Below are positions 14,240 to 26,599 of a DNA stretch of 64,000 nucleotides, piece after piece. Origin of the DNA: Mobula hypostoma (Eukaryota); assembly GCF_963921235.1 (NCBI RefSeq), contig NC_086108.1:117926001-117990000 (forward strand), read 5' to 3'. The translations under genes and the position numbers were made by a program. Numbering within the stretch: the stretch's first letter is position 1; every line of letters starts with the position of its first letter. Under the pieces are notes generated by a model that saw only the letters and a list, made by a program, of their open reading frames with translations, did no database searches and was not told the DNA's origin.

Positions 14240-14975
14240 CTTCAACAGCTAACAAAGTTAGTACAAGGGTTAACTTTTTACAGACAGTACCGTGAGTTAG
14301 TGATTGTTGGCAAGAACTAAGCAGCAAGGCAATTCAGAACTGTTTTGCTGACTGTAGTTTGAAGCATTCAGGTCTGGAAATGCCAGAAACAGCTGAGAGT
14401 GAAAATGAAATGATTTCACAACTTCAACAAGTTAGGAACTACATTGAATGAAGGTATCGACAATCATCTTGCATGTTACAATGAGAATGAAGATTTGGGA
14501 GATGCAATCGTCAAAAATATTGTATCAAAACACCAAGGTGGAGGGGGGGGCGGCAATGATTTATGAAGATGAGGAATTGATGAGGGTGACACAACTGAAC
14601 CTGAACTACTGACTATACAGGATGCCAGGAAGTTTATTGTAGGATTATAATACTACTTCATGCAGAAAGGCAATGATGGCAATCCATTATCTGTACTAGG
14701 TGTCTGTGCTGATTTTGTTCATTTACAGTGATCAAAAGAACACGGTAGAGTACACTGTATGTATTCCTCTATTGATAACTATTAGAAACTAATACATGGT
14801 TTGTAGTACCGTAGTAATATTGGTAGCAGTCTAATGTTTCTGCATCTGATTTAAATGCATATTTTGTTACTCACTTTTTTTTATACTTTTTTGACTATTT
14901 CCTTGAAACTTCAGATAATTGGGACAGTCACTTAATTGAGCCAAAACGTTCTGGTCCTGATATGTCCCAATTAAA
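14240..14975 (+). mobile_element. Tigger/pogo-like DNA transposon, 3' fragment
   Basis: WQELSSKAIQNCFADC resembles the W..V....I.NCF C-terminus of Tigger transposases, followed by an acidic tract; gtcccaattaa subterminal motif near 14963. Confidence 0.7.
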
Positions 14976-15066
14976 TGGCAATATACCCACGACTCTGGGT
15001 CATCCCTTGGGGCTGAGTGGGGCAGTGCCTGGCAGTGATGTAACACACACTCTGTTTCTGTTCAAG

Positions 15067-15132
15067 GGTCGAAACCTGACAACGAGGGAGATGGGCTTCT
15101 TCCCCCGTGACTGCGTCAAGCCCTTGCCCTGT
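15067..15132 (+). CDS. VAV3: VAV3-like exon A, C-terminal half of N-terminal SH3 (GRNLTTREMGFFPRDCVKPLPC)
   Basis: ctgtttctgttcaag|GGT acceptor and TGT|gtaagt donor; 66 bp, phase 0-0; G-x-F-P SH3 motif; resembles VAV3 GRNLASGEVGFFPSDAVKPCPC. Confidence 0.93.
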
Positions 15133-15209
15133 GTAAGTAAACCTAATCCACGGAGAACACACATATAGAACATTCAGCACAGGCCCTTAATGCTGTGCCA
15201 AACTAATTA

Positions 15210-15842
15210 GTGAGTGAGGCCTCCATGATTCGGGGTCGACCATGAATGTTGTCTCTTAGCTGTGGGGATACACAAGCCTGGGCAGTGCTTAGAAAATTAG
15301 AAGGCTACGTGCTAGGGAAACTCTAGGCAGTTTCTAGAGTAGCTGGCATGGTCGGCACAACATTGTGGGCCAAAGGGCCTGTACTGTGCAGTAGATTTCT
15401 ATGTTCTATGTTCTAGTGCAAGCTGTTGCCCATGTAGCAGGCTACCCCTTGCAATGCATCTGATGAACCCAAAGGAATGGGAGAGACTGATAGAGTGTGG
15501 CACCAGCAACTTCAAAGTTGTCAGACAGCATCCGAAGGCTTCCCCTTGAGTGGGTGTAGCCGCAAGGTAGTGGAGGTTTGAGATCAGAGTTTTCCTTCTT
15601 CTAAATGAGCTACCAACCACAGCTGATGAGCCCCTTGTCTAGAGTGACTGGCTTTAAGGCACCAGTAATCCGCCTTTGCCCCTTCTCTTGGCAGTAGAAC
15701 CAGTTCCTCTGGGTTTAGTAGCTAAGCCTCACACGAAGGCCAGGAGCTGGACTTGGTTGTCAGAGGCTATTTGAGATGCGTGTCATTGGGAGCATTTAAT
15801 AGGTAGTGGGAGCTTATCCCCACTACCACCCTTAAGGAACCA
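15210..15842 (-). mobile_element. Non-autonomous RTE-derived element (5'UTR fused to 3' end), with a CR1 tail (~15287-15415, +) nested inside
   Basis: 12-bp TSD ccaaactaatta (15198-15209, 15843-15854); (tcac)n tail; minus strand tagaagaaggaaaactctgatctcaaacct resembles an RTE 5'UTR motif as I recall it; no ORF. Confidence 0.72.
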
Positions 15843-15884
15843 CCAAACTAATTAAATACCCAACTGAAAAACACCCTTTGCCTT

Positions 15885-17570
15885 CACAACACTCACAACA
15901 AGCTGGAGGAACTCAGCAGGTCGGGCAGCATCCATGGAAAAGATCGGTTGACAGTTCGGGCCGGAACCCTTTGTCAGGACTGAAGAGGGAGGGGGCAGAG
16001 GCCCTATAAAGAAGGTGGGGGGAGGGTGGGAAGGAGAAGGCTGGTAAGTTCCAGGTGAAAAACCAGTAAGGGGAAAGATAAAGGGGTGGGGGAAGGGAAG
16101 CAGGGAGGTGATAGGCAGGAAAGGTGAAGAAAGAATACGAGAAAACACAATGGATAGTAGAAGGAGGCGGAACCAAGAGGGAGGTGGTAGGCAGCTGGGG
16201 GAGGGGGCAGAGTGACATAGGGATAGAGGAGGGGAGGGGGAGGGAATTACCAGAAGTTGGAGAATTCTATGTTCATACCAAGGGGCTGGAGACTACCTAG
16301 ACGGTATACGTGATGTTGCTCCTCCAACCTGAGTTTAGCCTCATCATGGCAGTAGAGGTGGCCACGTATGGACATATCTGAATAGGAGTGGGAAGCAGAA
16401 TTGAAGTGGGTGGCTACAGGGAGATTCTGTCTGTTGTGACGGACGGAGCGGAGGTGCTCGACGAAGCGGTCCCCCAATCTGCATGGGGTTTCACTGATGT
16501 AGAGGAGGCCGCACCAGGAACACCGGATGCAATAGATGACCCCAACAGACTCACAAGTGAAGTGTTGCCTCACCTGGAAGTACTGTCTGGGGCCCTGAAC
16601 GGTGGCAAGAGAGGAGGTGTAGGGACAGGTGTAGCACTTGCGCTTACAGGGATAAGTGCCAGGTGGGAGATCCGTGGGGAGGGACGTGTGTCCCTCCGAT
16701 CGATCGCGGAGGGACCGATCCTTGTGGAAAGCGGAGAGGGGTGGAGAGGGAAAGATGTGCTTAGTGGTGGGATCCTGTTGAAGGTGGTGGAAGTTGCAGA
16801 GGATAACATGCTGGATCCGGAGGCTGGTGGGGTGGTAGGTGAGGACAAGGGGAACTCTGTCCCTGTTGTGGTTGCGGGAGGATGGGGTGAGAACCGAAGT
16901 GTGGGAAATGGAGGAGATGTGGGTGAGGGCATCATTGATGACAGCAGAAGGGAAACCACGATCCTTAAAGAAAGAGGACATTTAAGATGTCCTGGAACGG
17001 AAAGCCTCATCCTGGGAGCAGATGCGGCGGAGATGGAGGAACTGGGAATAGGGAATGGCATTTTTCCATGTGGCGGGGTGGGAAGAGGTATAGTTGAGGT
17101 AGTCACGAGAGTCAGTGGGCTTGTAGAAGATGTCAATGGACAGTCTGTCTCCAGAGATGGGGACTGAGAAATCGAGAAAGGGGAGAAAGTGTCCGAGATA
17201 GACCAAGTGAACTTGAGGGCTGGGTGGAAGTTAGAAGTAAAGTCGATGAAATTAACGAGCTCAGCATGGGTGCAGGAAGCAGCACCAATGTAGTCGTCAA
17301 TGTACCGAAGGAAAAGTTGGGGAGCAGTACCAGAATAGGTTTGGAGTTCCACATAACCAACAAAGAGGCAGGCATAGCTAGGGCCCATGTGAGTTCCCAC
17401 AGCTACACCCTTGGTCTGAAGAAAGTGGGAAGAGCCAAAAGAGAAGTTATTGAGTGTCAGAACCAGTTCTGCCAACTGGAGGAGGGTAGTGGTGGTGGGG
17501 ATCTGGTGAGGTCTATTATCCAGAAAGTAGCAGAGGGCTTTGAGGTCTTCTTCATGGGGAATGGAGGTGT
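15885..17570 (-). mobile_element. Penelope-like element: RT C-terminal part, GIY-YIG endonuclease and 3' pseudo-LTR
   Basis: QTKGVAVGTHMGPSYA, RYIDD, GVIYCIRC...LLYISET, LGSLQPLGMN; degenerate hammerhead near 15948-15982. Confidence 0.93.
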
Positions 17571-18309
17571 AATGCCTTCACAATGTCTACATTGCTCTAT
17601 CCTGTGAGGTACGTTTGATATGCAGCAGTCAGTGAGTTCCAGGGAGTGCTGGTACTTTCATTTCTCTGTCTCACCAGCAATGTCACCCATGGTGCTATGT
17701 GAATACAGGCACTTTGGCCCATGGACTTGGTGCACACCATTGAACATCTGCAGTAATTACTCTTATTCATTCACTCTCACCTTCCCATATTTGTCTCTTA
17801 TCCACTGTCTCCTCAGACTCCATCACCCATTTTAACTCCCCTTCACACACAGGTCAGTCTCCAGCCCCCTATCCGGTAACAACCTACCTTCACCTCTCTG
17901 CTCTGACCTCTTTTACTTGCGAGAATTGAGCATAGTTTCTGTGTTCCTGCTTATCTCCTTCCAGTAGGTCTCCCATCTTCACATAACCCTCCTACAACCT
18001 TGCAACATGTCTTGTATCTTCCATTCTCTCTCTCTATCTCCATCTCCCCCTCCATCTCCCACCCCTCTCACCCCTCTATTGATCATTCATTTGCCATGTT
18101 TCCAACTCAATCAAACTCACCTCCCCTACCTGACAAAATCTGCCTGTCTTATCTCACACGTCAACCCCATTCCTCAGTCCACCAACCACCTCAGAATACT
18201 CTCCAACCACTCCACTTCTCTTCTTCATATTGACAATCCAGCATCTCCACAAAGAAAAGATGCAGGGTTTCAAACCGAAACATTGATAACTTCTTTCCTC
18301 TCGCCCCCC

Positions 18310-18590
18310 CCACCGATAAATCTTCTCCACCCAATTAATAAATCCTCTCCTCTCCATGCATAAATCCTCTCTGCTCGATAAATCTTCTCCACCCAATTAA
18401 TAAATCCTCTCCTCTCCATACATAAATCCTCTCTGCTCGATAAATCTTCTCCCTCCGTTGTTAAGTCCTCTCCCCTCCTGGATAAATCCTCTCCTCTCTC
18501 TCTGCAGATATATCCCCTCCCTCTATCGATAAATCCTCTCCCTCTCTCTCCATCGATAACTCCTCTACCTCCATCAATAAATCCTCTTGC
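18310..18590. repeat. Irregular minisatellite with (g)ataaatcctctc core, including a 62-bp duplication
   Basis: About 13 copies of the ataaatcctct/ataaatcttct motif. Confidence 0.85.
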
Positions 18591-18764
18591 CCTACAGATG
18601 CTGCTCAACCAATTAAATTGTTACAGCAGTTTTGTTTATTTCCTCAGATTCGAGCACCTGCTGTCTCTCGTGTCTAAATTTACACTAATTCCATTTTTAC
18701 TCACATCCTCATAAATTTTCCCCCAAGTTTACTGCCACTCTAGGATCATTTATACTGAAACCAC

Positions 18765-18980
18765 ATACCTTTGGGATGTGGAAGGAATCGGAAGTACCCA
18801 GAGCAATTCCACATGGTAAGTGAGCAGGTCTGCAGAGTATGGCTTGTAATATCTCACCATGCTATAGCACTATCTTATCATCTTTGGATGCGATATACTA
18901 GGGTAAACTCTGCGGCAAAAATGTGCTAACTCCATCCAGACAGCATTAGAAGTCAGGATTGAACTGTAGTCTCTGGAGCC
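18765..18980 (-). mobile_element. Degenerate V-SINE/HE1-like SINE
   Basis: tttgggatgtggaaggaatcggaagtacccagagcaattccac ... aactccatccagacagc ... aggattgaac resembles the antisense V-SINE core and B box. Confidence 0.6.
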
Positions 18981-18984
18981 ATAT

Positions 18985-19960
18985 TCCAGGCGTGATTCCC
19001 AGAAATCTCCCTGTGATCCTTGTGTAGTCCCAATTGCTCCTAGAGTTCCAGTTGTGATTCCCAGAGAACTCACTGTATTCCAGGTGCAGTCCCAGCTGGT
19101 TCTGTGCTCCAGCTGTGAGTCACAGAGATCTCCCTGTGTTCCTGGTGAGTTCCCAGCTGATCCTGATGCTCCAGCTGTGAGTCACAGAGATCTTAGTGAC
19201 TGGTGAGGTAACCGGAAGATTGGAGGATAGCCAATGTGGTTCTGCTATTCAAGAATGGCTCTAAAAATAAACTAAAAATTATAGGCCAGTGAGCCTGATG
19301 TCCATAGTGGGGAAGTTATTGGAAGGCATTCTGACAGACTGGATATATAACTATTTGGATAGAGATGAACTGATTAAGGAAAGTCAGCATAGCCTCATGT
19401 GTGTCAGGTCATGTCTAACCAATCTTATAGAGTGTTTCAAGGAAGTTGCCAGGAAAGTTGATGAAGGTTAAGCTGTGATGTTGTCTACATGGATAATAGC
19501 AAGGCATTTGACAAAGTCCCGCATGGTAGGTTGGTCAAGAAGGTTCAGTCGCTCAGTATTCAAGATGAGGTAGTAAATTGGATTAGACATGCTGTTCAGC
19601 ATAGACTAGATGAGCTGAAGGGCCTGTTTCTGTGCTGTGCTTTTCTATGACTCTATCTCCCTGTGTTCCAGCTGTGCTTCCCTGTGATCTCCTTGTATTC
19701 CAGCTGTGAGACCCTGAGATCTCCCTGTGTTCCAGGTATAGTTCCCAGCTGGTCCTGATGCTCCAGCTGTGAGACCCAAAGATCTCCGGGTTCCAGGTAT
19801 AGTTCCCAGCTGGTCCTGATGCTCCAGCTGTGAGACCCAAAGATCTCCGGGTTCCAGGTATAGTTCCCAGCTGGTCCTGATGCTCCAGCTGTGAGACCCA
19901 AAGATCTCCCTGTATTCCAGGTATAGTTCCCAGCTGATCCTGGTGCTCCAGGTGTATATT
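18985..19960. repeat. 61-bp tandem minisatellite interrupted by a CR1 fragment
   Basis: Unit ccagctgtgagacccaaagatctccgggttccaggtatagttcccagctggtcctgatgct; near-identical copies at ~19700-19945 and diverged copies upstream. Confidence 0.9.
19193..19655 (+). mobile_element. Internally deleted CR1 (RT N-terminal part joined directly to the 3'UTR)
   Basis: PEDWRIANV/NYRPVSL/SCLTNL region followed at ~19589 by the 3'UTR and (ctatga) tail. Confidence 0.85.
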
Positions 19961-20168
19961 CCTGTGTTCCAGAGCTGCTCCCAGTCTACCAGATGTGGTC
20001 CAACAGGGCTCTTGTGTTGTTTTCAAGTAATGTCTGCTCTTCATACTCAAAACTCTGATACAAATCCCAACATTCCTGACAATATAAAGAGCTGGGAATT
20101 CTCTCAATGTACTTTTGATGACTGATCTCCCAGAATGCAGTCTGTGATAGTTTGTTCTTTGCTTACAG

Positions 20169-20203
20169 GTTCCAAAACGTATGGATTACTCAGGATTTGC
20201 ATG
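20169..20203 (+). CDS. VAV3: VAV3-like exon B, SH3-SH2 linker (VPKRMDYSGFA-W split)
   Basis: ttgttctttgcttacag|GTT acceptor and TG|gtacgt donor; 35 bp; resembles VAV3 VPKPVDYSCQPW; phase 2 end fits exon C. Confidence 0.9.
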
Positions 20204-21029
20204 GTACGTATGTGCATCACACCAGTACCCAGAGGCACAGCCAAACACCAGCATACAATTGTTGACTCAGCTGGTTAAAGCAGTGGCTGATGGGGGTTAG
20301 CATCGACTCAGCCCAATTCTAGCATACAATTGTTGACTCAGTTGGTCAAAACAGTGGCTGGTGGTGTGAGGGACTCTCAGAACTCATGATTGCTGTTGTG
20401 AGGAGGAATGTACAAAGCACTTTATAAAAAACACTGGTGTCAGGGTATGAGTGGAACTGACTGCTTCATGTCAGCAGCTCACTCCTTGTCCAGCAGAGAA
20501 AGATCATTTTAGTATACTATGCCTTTCTAATTTTTTTCTCCAAAACTGGATGACCATACATTTTTCGACATTATATTCCACCTACCTTGTCCTGCCCCAT
20601 TCATTTACCCTTCCTATATCCTACCTACAACCTCTCACAACCTATACAATCACCCAGCTTTGTATACTAGGATACATTACACAGGATAAACCCTCTCCTT
20701 TCCCTCCATTGACAAATCTTTCCTCCACACAAACCATTAATGTAGACTCTCAACTGCCAGAGTCCCTGCAGCTGTCCACCAGTCTGAAAATGACCAATTT
20801 TTTTTCCATTCTGTGATGATGAGGTTATTGGCTTCACTCTCAAATGAACAACACATCTCATGGACACTATGTTTGAAAGAACTGGGAAGCAATTGCCAGT
20901 TTTTCCAGATTCTTGTGTCTGGCACTTGTATTGTATTCTTGTATCAGGTACTACTTGTGTTTAAACAAGTATCAATATTCCAAAGTATTTCATTTATTGT
21001 GTGTATTTTGGGATGTCCTGGTGTGGACA

Positions 21030-21840
21030 GAGGTTCAAACTTCAAGTAAGTTTATTATCAAAAAAACATATACAACCCTAAGATTCGTTTTCTTATGGGT
21101 ATACTCTGTAAATCCAAGAACCATAATAGAATCAATGAAAGATCACACACAACAGGACAGGACAAACAACCAGGGTCCATAAGACAACAAACTGTAAATA
21201 CAAAGAAAAAAATACGTAATAATAAATAAGCAACAAATATCAAGTTCATAGGTTGTGGGAACAGTTCTGTAATGGGGCAAGTGAAATTATCCCCACTGGT
21301 TTAAGAGTCTGAAAGTTAAGGAATAATAACTGTTCCTGAACCCAGTAGTGTGGACCCTGAGGCTCCTGTACCTTCTTCCTGATGGCAGCAGTGAGAAGAG
21401 AGCATACCCTGGGTGGTTTGGTCCTTAATGATGAATGTTGTTTTCTTGTGACATCGCTCCGTGTAGATGTGCTCAATGGTGGGGAGGGTTTTACCTGTGA
21501 TGGACCTCAATGTATCCATTACTTTTTGAAGGATTTTCTGTTCAAGGGTCTTAGTGTTTCCATACCAGGCTGTATTGCAACCAATTAATATACTCTCCAC
21601 CAACACCTATAGAAGTTTATCAAGGATTTTGATGCCATATCAAATCTTTGCATACATCTAAGGAAATAGAGGTGATGCAGTGCTTCTTCATATTTGCACT
21701 TACATACTGGACGCAGGACAGGTCCTCCCAAATAATAATACTGAAGAATTTAAATTTTCTGATCTTTCCAACTCTGATCCTCTGATGAGGACTGGCTCGT
21801 GGACCTCCAGTTTTCCCCTCTTGAAGTCAATAATCAGCAA
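21030..21840 (-). mobile_element. Rex1/Babar-like LINE, 3' fragment
   Basis: ESILIGCNTAWYGN...LQKVMDT...ITGKTLPTIEHIYTERC...IIKD is typical of the Rex/Babar ORF C-terminus. Confidence 0.78.
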
Positions 21841-22310
21841 AATTAGACTATTTGACCCATCAAGGTTGCTCCATCATTTCACCATGGCTAATCCATTTCT
21901 CCTCTCAGCCCCAAACTCCTGCCTTCCCCATGTCCCTTCATGCCCTAAACAATCACCAATCTGTCAAACTCTGCCAAAAATATTCATAAAGACTTGGCCT
22001 CCACATCTGCCTGTGGCAAAGAATTCCACAGATAAACCACTCACTAGCCAAAGAAAGGACACTCCTCTATTCTGAGGCTGTGTCCTCTGGTTTTAGACTC
22101 TCCCACCATAGGAAACATCCTCTCCACTTCCACTCTATCAAGGTCTTTCACATTCAATAGTTTTCAATGAAGCCACCCCTGGTTCTTCTAAATTCCAGCG
22201 AATAAAGGCCTAGAGCCATCAAATGCTTTTCATATGACAAGCCATTCAGGCCTGGAAACATTTTCGTGAACCTCCTTTAAACCCTGTCCAGTTTCAGCAA
22301 ATACTTTCTA
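21840..22310 (-). mobile_element. CR1 3' fragment
   Basis: Similar to CR1 3' ends at 54375-54700 and 58517-59000. Confidence 0.8.
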
Positions 22311-24368
22311 CAGTATTTCAGTGGAGTAAAGGAAATTACAGTGGCATGAGAGAGGAACTGGCCAAAGTTGACTGGAAAGGGACACTAGCAGGAAGGACGG
22401 CAGAGCAGCAGTGGCTGGAGTTTATGCGAGAAGTGAGGAAGGTGCAAGACAGACATATTCCAAAAAAGAAGAAATTTTTGAATGAAGAAAGGATGCAACC
22501 GTGGCTGACAAGAGAAGTCAAAGCCAAAGTTAAAGGAGAGGGCATACAAGGAAGCAAAAATTAGTGGGAAGACAGAGGATTGGGAAGTTTTTAAAAGCTT
22601 ACAAAAGGAAACTAAGAAGGTCATTAAGAGGGAAAAGATGAACTATGAAAGGAAGCTAGCAAATATTTCAAGTATATAAAGAGTAAAAGACAGGAGAGAG
22701 TAGATATAGGACCGATAGAAAATGATGTTGGAGAAATTGTAATGGGAAATAAGGAGGTGGCAGAGGAACTGAATGAGTATTTTGCATCAGTCTTCACTGA
22801 GGAAGACATCAGCAGTATACCAGACACTCAAGGGTGTCAGGGAAGAGAAGTGTGCGCAGTCGCAATTACAACAGAGAAAGTACTCAGGAAGCTGAATAGT
22901 CCAAGGGTAGATAAATCTCCCGGACCAGATGGAATGCACCCTCATGTTCTGAAGGAAGTAGTTGTGGAGATTGTGGAGGCATTAGCAATGATCTTTCAAA
23001 AGTCAATATATTCTGACATGGTTCTGGAGGACTGGAAGATTACAAATGTCACTCTGCTATTTAAGAAGGGGGCAAGGAAGCAAAAAGGACATTGTAAACC
23101 TGTTAGCTTCATATTGGTGGTTGGGAAGTTGTTGGAGGCAATTGGCAAGGATGAGGTTATGGAGTACCTGGAGGCATATGACAAGATAGGCAGAACTCAG
23201 CATGGTTTCCTTAAAGGAAAATCCTGTCTGACAAACCTATTGCAATTTTTTGAGGAAATTACCAGTAGGCTAGACATGGGAGATGCAGTGGATGTTGTGT
23301 ATTTGGATTTTCAGAAGGCCTTTGACAAGGTGCCGCACATGAGGCTGCTTAACAAGATAAGAGCCCATGGAATTACAGGAAAGTTACATACGTGGATAGA
23401 GCGTTGACTGATTGGCAGGAAACAGAGAGTGGGAATAAATGGATCCTATTCTGGTTGGCTGCCGGTTACCAGTGGTGTTCCACAGGGGTCCATGTTGGAG
23501 CCGCTTCTTTTTATGTTGTACATCAACGATTTGGATTATGGAATAGATGGCTTTGTGGCTAAGTTTGCTGATGATACAAAGATAGGTGGAGGGGCTGGTA
23601 GTACTGAGGAAACAGAGTCTGCAGAGAGACTTGTTTCGATTGGGAGACTGGGCAAGGAAGTGGCAAATGAAATACAATGTTGGAAAGTGTATGGTTATGC
23701 ACTTTGGTAGAAGAAATAAACGGGCAGATGATTATTTAAATGGGGAGAGAATTCAAAGTTCTGAGATGCAACGGGACTTGGGAGTCCTCGTGCAGGATAC
23801 CCTTAAAGTTAACCTCCAGGCTGAGTCGGTGGTAAAGAAGGTGAATGCAATGTTGGCATTCATTCCTGGAGGAATAGAGTATAGGAGCAGGGATGTGATG
23901 TTGAGGCTCTATAAGGCGCTGGTAAGACCTCACTTGGAGTACCGTGGGCAGTTTTGGTCTCCTTATTTAAGAAAGGATGTACTGACGTTGGAGAGGATTC
24001 AGAGAAGATTTACTAGAATGATTCCGGGAATGTGAGGAGTAAACATACGAGGAACATTCGACTGCTCTTGGACTGTATTCCTTGGAGTTTAGAAAAAATG
24101 AGGGGGGACCTCATAGAAACATCTCGAATGTTGAAAGGCATGGACAGAGTAGATGTGGCAAAGTGGTTTCCCGTGGTGGGGGAGTCAAGTACGAGAGGGC
24201 ATGACTTAAGGATTGAAGGGCGCCCATTCAGAACAGAGATGCGAAAAAAAATTTTTAGCCAGAGAGTGGTGAGGAATTTGTTGCCACGGGCAGCAGTGGA
24301 GGCCAAATCACTGGGTGTATTTATGGCAGAGGTCAATAGCTATCTGAGTAGCCAGGGCATCAAAGGGT
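22311..24368 (+). mobile_element. CR1 ORF2 fragment (RT)
   Basis: ORFs 22742-23407, 23429-23710 and 23586-24035 carry CR1 RT motifs. Confidence 0.93.
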
Positions 24369-24369
24369 A

Positions 24370-25235
24370 TGCTGGCCTTCTCATAGCCCCTCTGGCTCTC
24401 CTAATTTCATTCTTAAGCTCCTTCCTGCTAGCCTTACAATCTTCAAGTACTCTATCATTACTTAGTTTTTTGAATCTTTCGTAAGCTCTTCTTTCCTTCT
24501 TGACTAGATTTACAACTGCCTTTGTCCACCACTGTTCCTGTGCCCTCTCATCCGTCCCATCTCATTGGAACGTACCTATGCAGGACTCCACGCAAATATC
24601 CCCTGAACATTTGCCACATTTCTTCTGTACGTTTCCCTGAGAACATCTGTTGCCATTTTATGCTTCCAAGTTCCTGCCTGATAGCCTCATATTTCCCCTT
24701 GCTCCAAATAAATGCTTTCCTTACTTGTCTGTTCCTATCCCTGTCCAATGCTATGGTAAAGGAGATAGAATTGTGATTACTATCTCCAGATTGCTCTCCC
24801 ACTGAGAGCCCTAACACCTGACCAGGTTAATTTCCCAATAACAGATCAAGCACAGTCTCTCCTCTTGCAGGCTTATCTACATATTGTGTCAGAAAACCTT
24901 CCTAAACACACCTAACAAACTCCACCCATCTAAACCCCTTGCTCTAGTGAGATGCCAATCGATATTTGGGAAATTAAAATCTCCCACCACAGATTTCCAG
25001 AACCTGTCTCCCTGTCTGCTCCTCGATGTCCCTGTTACTATTGGGTGGTCTATAAAAAACACCCAGTAGAGTTATTGACCCCCTCCTGTTCCTATCTTCT
25101 ACCACAGAGACTCCATAGACAATCCCTCCATGACTTTCTCCTTTTCTGCAGCCGTGACACTATCTCTGATCAACAGTGCCATGCCCCCACCTCTTTTGCC
25201 TCCCTCCCTGTCCTTTCTGAAACATCTAAAGCCTT
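24370..25235 (-). mobile_element. CR1 EN/linker fragment
   Basis: Same subfamily as ~50880-52690. Confidence 0.85.
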
Positions 25236-25269
25236 GTATGAATTTGTCTAGGTCACATGTTTCATTTGA

Positions 25270-26486
25270 ATGAAAAGTTGATGAGGGTAAAGCGGTGGAT
25301 GTTGTCCATATGGACTACAGCAAGGCCTTTGACAAGATTCCACACGGAAGGTTAGTTAGGAAAGTTCAGTCGTTAGGTATTAATATTGAAGTAGTAAAAT
25401 GGATTCAGCAGTGGCTGGCTGGGAGACGCCAGAAAGTAGTGGTGGATAACTGTTTGTCAGAGTGGAGGCCGGTGACCAGTGGTGTGCCTCAGGGATCTGT
25501 ACTGGGTCCAATGTTATTTGTCATATACATTAATGATCTGGATGATGGGGTGGTAAATTGGATTAGTAAGTATGCAGATGATACTAAGATGAGTGAAGTT
25601 GTGGATAATGAAGTAGGTTTTCAAAGCTTGCAGAGAGATTTAGGCCAGTTGGAAGAGTGGGCTGAAAGATGGCAGATGGAGTTTAATGCTGATAAATGTG
25701 AGGTGCTACATTTTGGTAGGACTAATTAAAATAGGACATAGGTAAATGGTAGGGCATTGAAGAATGCAGTAGAACAGAGGGATCTAGGAATAATGGTGCA
25801 TAGTTCCCTGAAGGTGGAATCTCATGTGGATAGGGTGGTGAAGACAGCTTTTGGTATCCTAGCCTTTATAAATCAGAGCATTGAGTATAGGAGTTGGGAT
25901 GTAATGTTGAAATTGTACAAGGCATTGGTGAGGCCAAATTTGGAGTATTGTATACAGTTTTGGTCACTGAATTATAGGAAAGATGCCAACAAAATAGAGA
26001 GAGTACAGAGAAGATTTACTAGAATGTTACCTGGGTTTCATCACCTAAGTTACAGAGAAAGGTTGAAAAAGTTGGGTCTTTTTTCTTTGGAGCACAGAAG
26101 GTTGAAGGGGGACTTGATAGAGGTATTTAAAATTATGAGGAGGATAGATAGAGTTGACGTGGATAGGCTTTTTCCATTGAGTGGGGGAGATTCAAACAAG
26201 AGGACATGAGTTGAGAGTTAAAGGGCAAAAGTTTAGGGGTAACATGAGGGGGAACTTCTTTACTCAGAGAGTAGTAGCTGTGTGGAACGAGCTTCCAGCA
26301 GAAGTGGTTGAGGCAGGTTCGATGTTGTCGTTTAACATTAACTTGGACAGCTGTATGGACAGGAAAGCAATGGAGGGTTATGGGCTGAGTGCAGGTCAGT
26401 GGGACTAGGTGAGAGTAACAGTTCAGCACGGACTAGAAGGGCCGAGATGGCCTGTTTCCGTGCTGTAATTGTTATATGGTTATATG
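25270..26486 (+). mobile_element. CR1 3' 1.2 kb with (gttatatg)n tail
   Basis: ORFs 25295-25729 and 25757-26209 (KYADDTK); inverted homolog at 28140-29320. Confidence 0.94.
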
Positions 26487-26599
26487 GAGAAGGCAGGGGA
26501 GTGGGACTAAATGGGAGAATGGATCAGCTCATGATAAAATGGTGGAGCAGACTCGATGGGCCCAATGGCTGACTCCTGCTCCTTTGTTTTATGGTCTTA

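Noticed and set aside
1..15060. Upstream Vav exon (first half of the N-terminal SH3)
   Set aside because: No matching peptide with splice sites was found; the region is almost all transposon, so the exon probably lies before the window.
15690..15790. HDV-like ribozyme at the 5' end of the RTE-like element
   Set aside because: Such ribozymes are known in RTE 5'UTRs, but I could not assemble P1-P4 convincingly by eye; it needs an RNArobo or Infernal search on the family consensus.
15945..15985. Functional hammerhead in the first Penelope copy
   Set aside because: Core mutated: CTGACAA and GAAC instead of CTGANGA and GAAA.
16388..17167. Long + strand ORFs here and at 42602-43216
   Set aside because: Antisense shadows of the Penelope RT/GIY-YIG frame.
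18985..19960. CRISPR-like array or repetitive protein ORF (19583-20107)
   Set aside because: Head-to-tail repeats with no unique spacers in vertebrate DNA; the 61-bp period cycles through reading frames.
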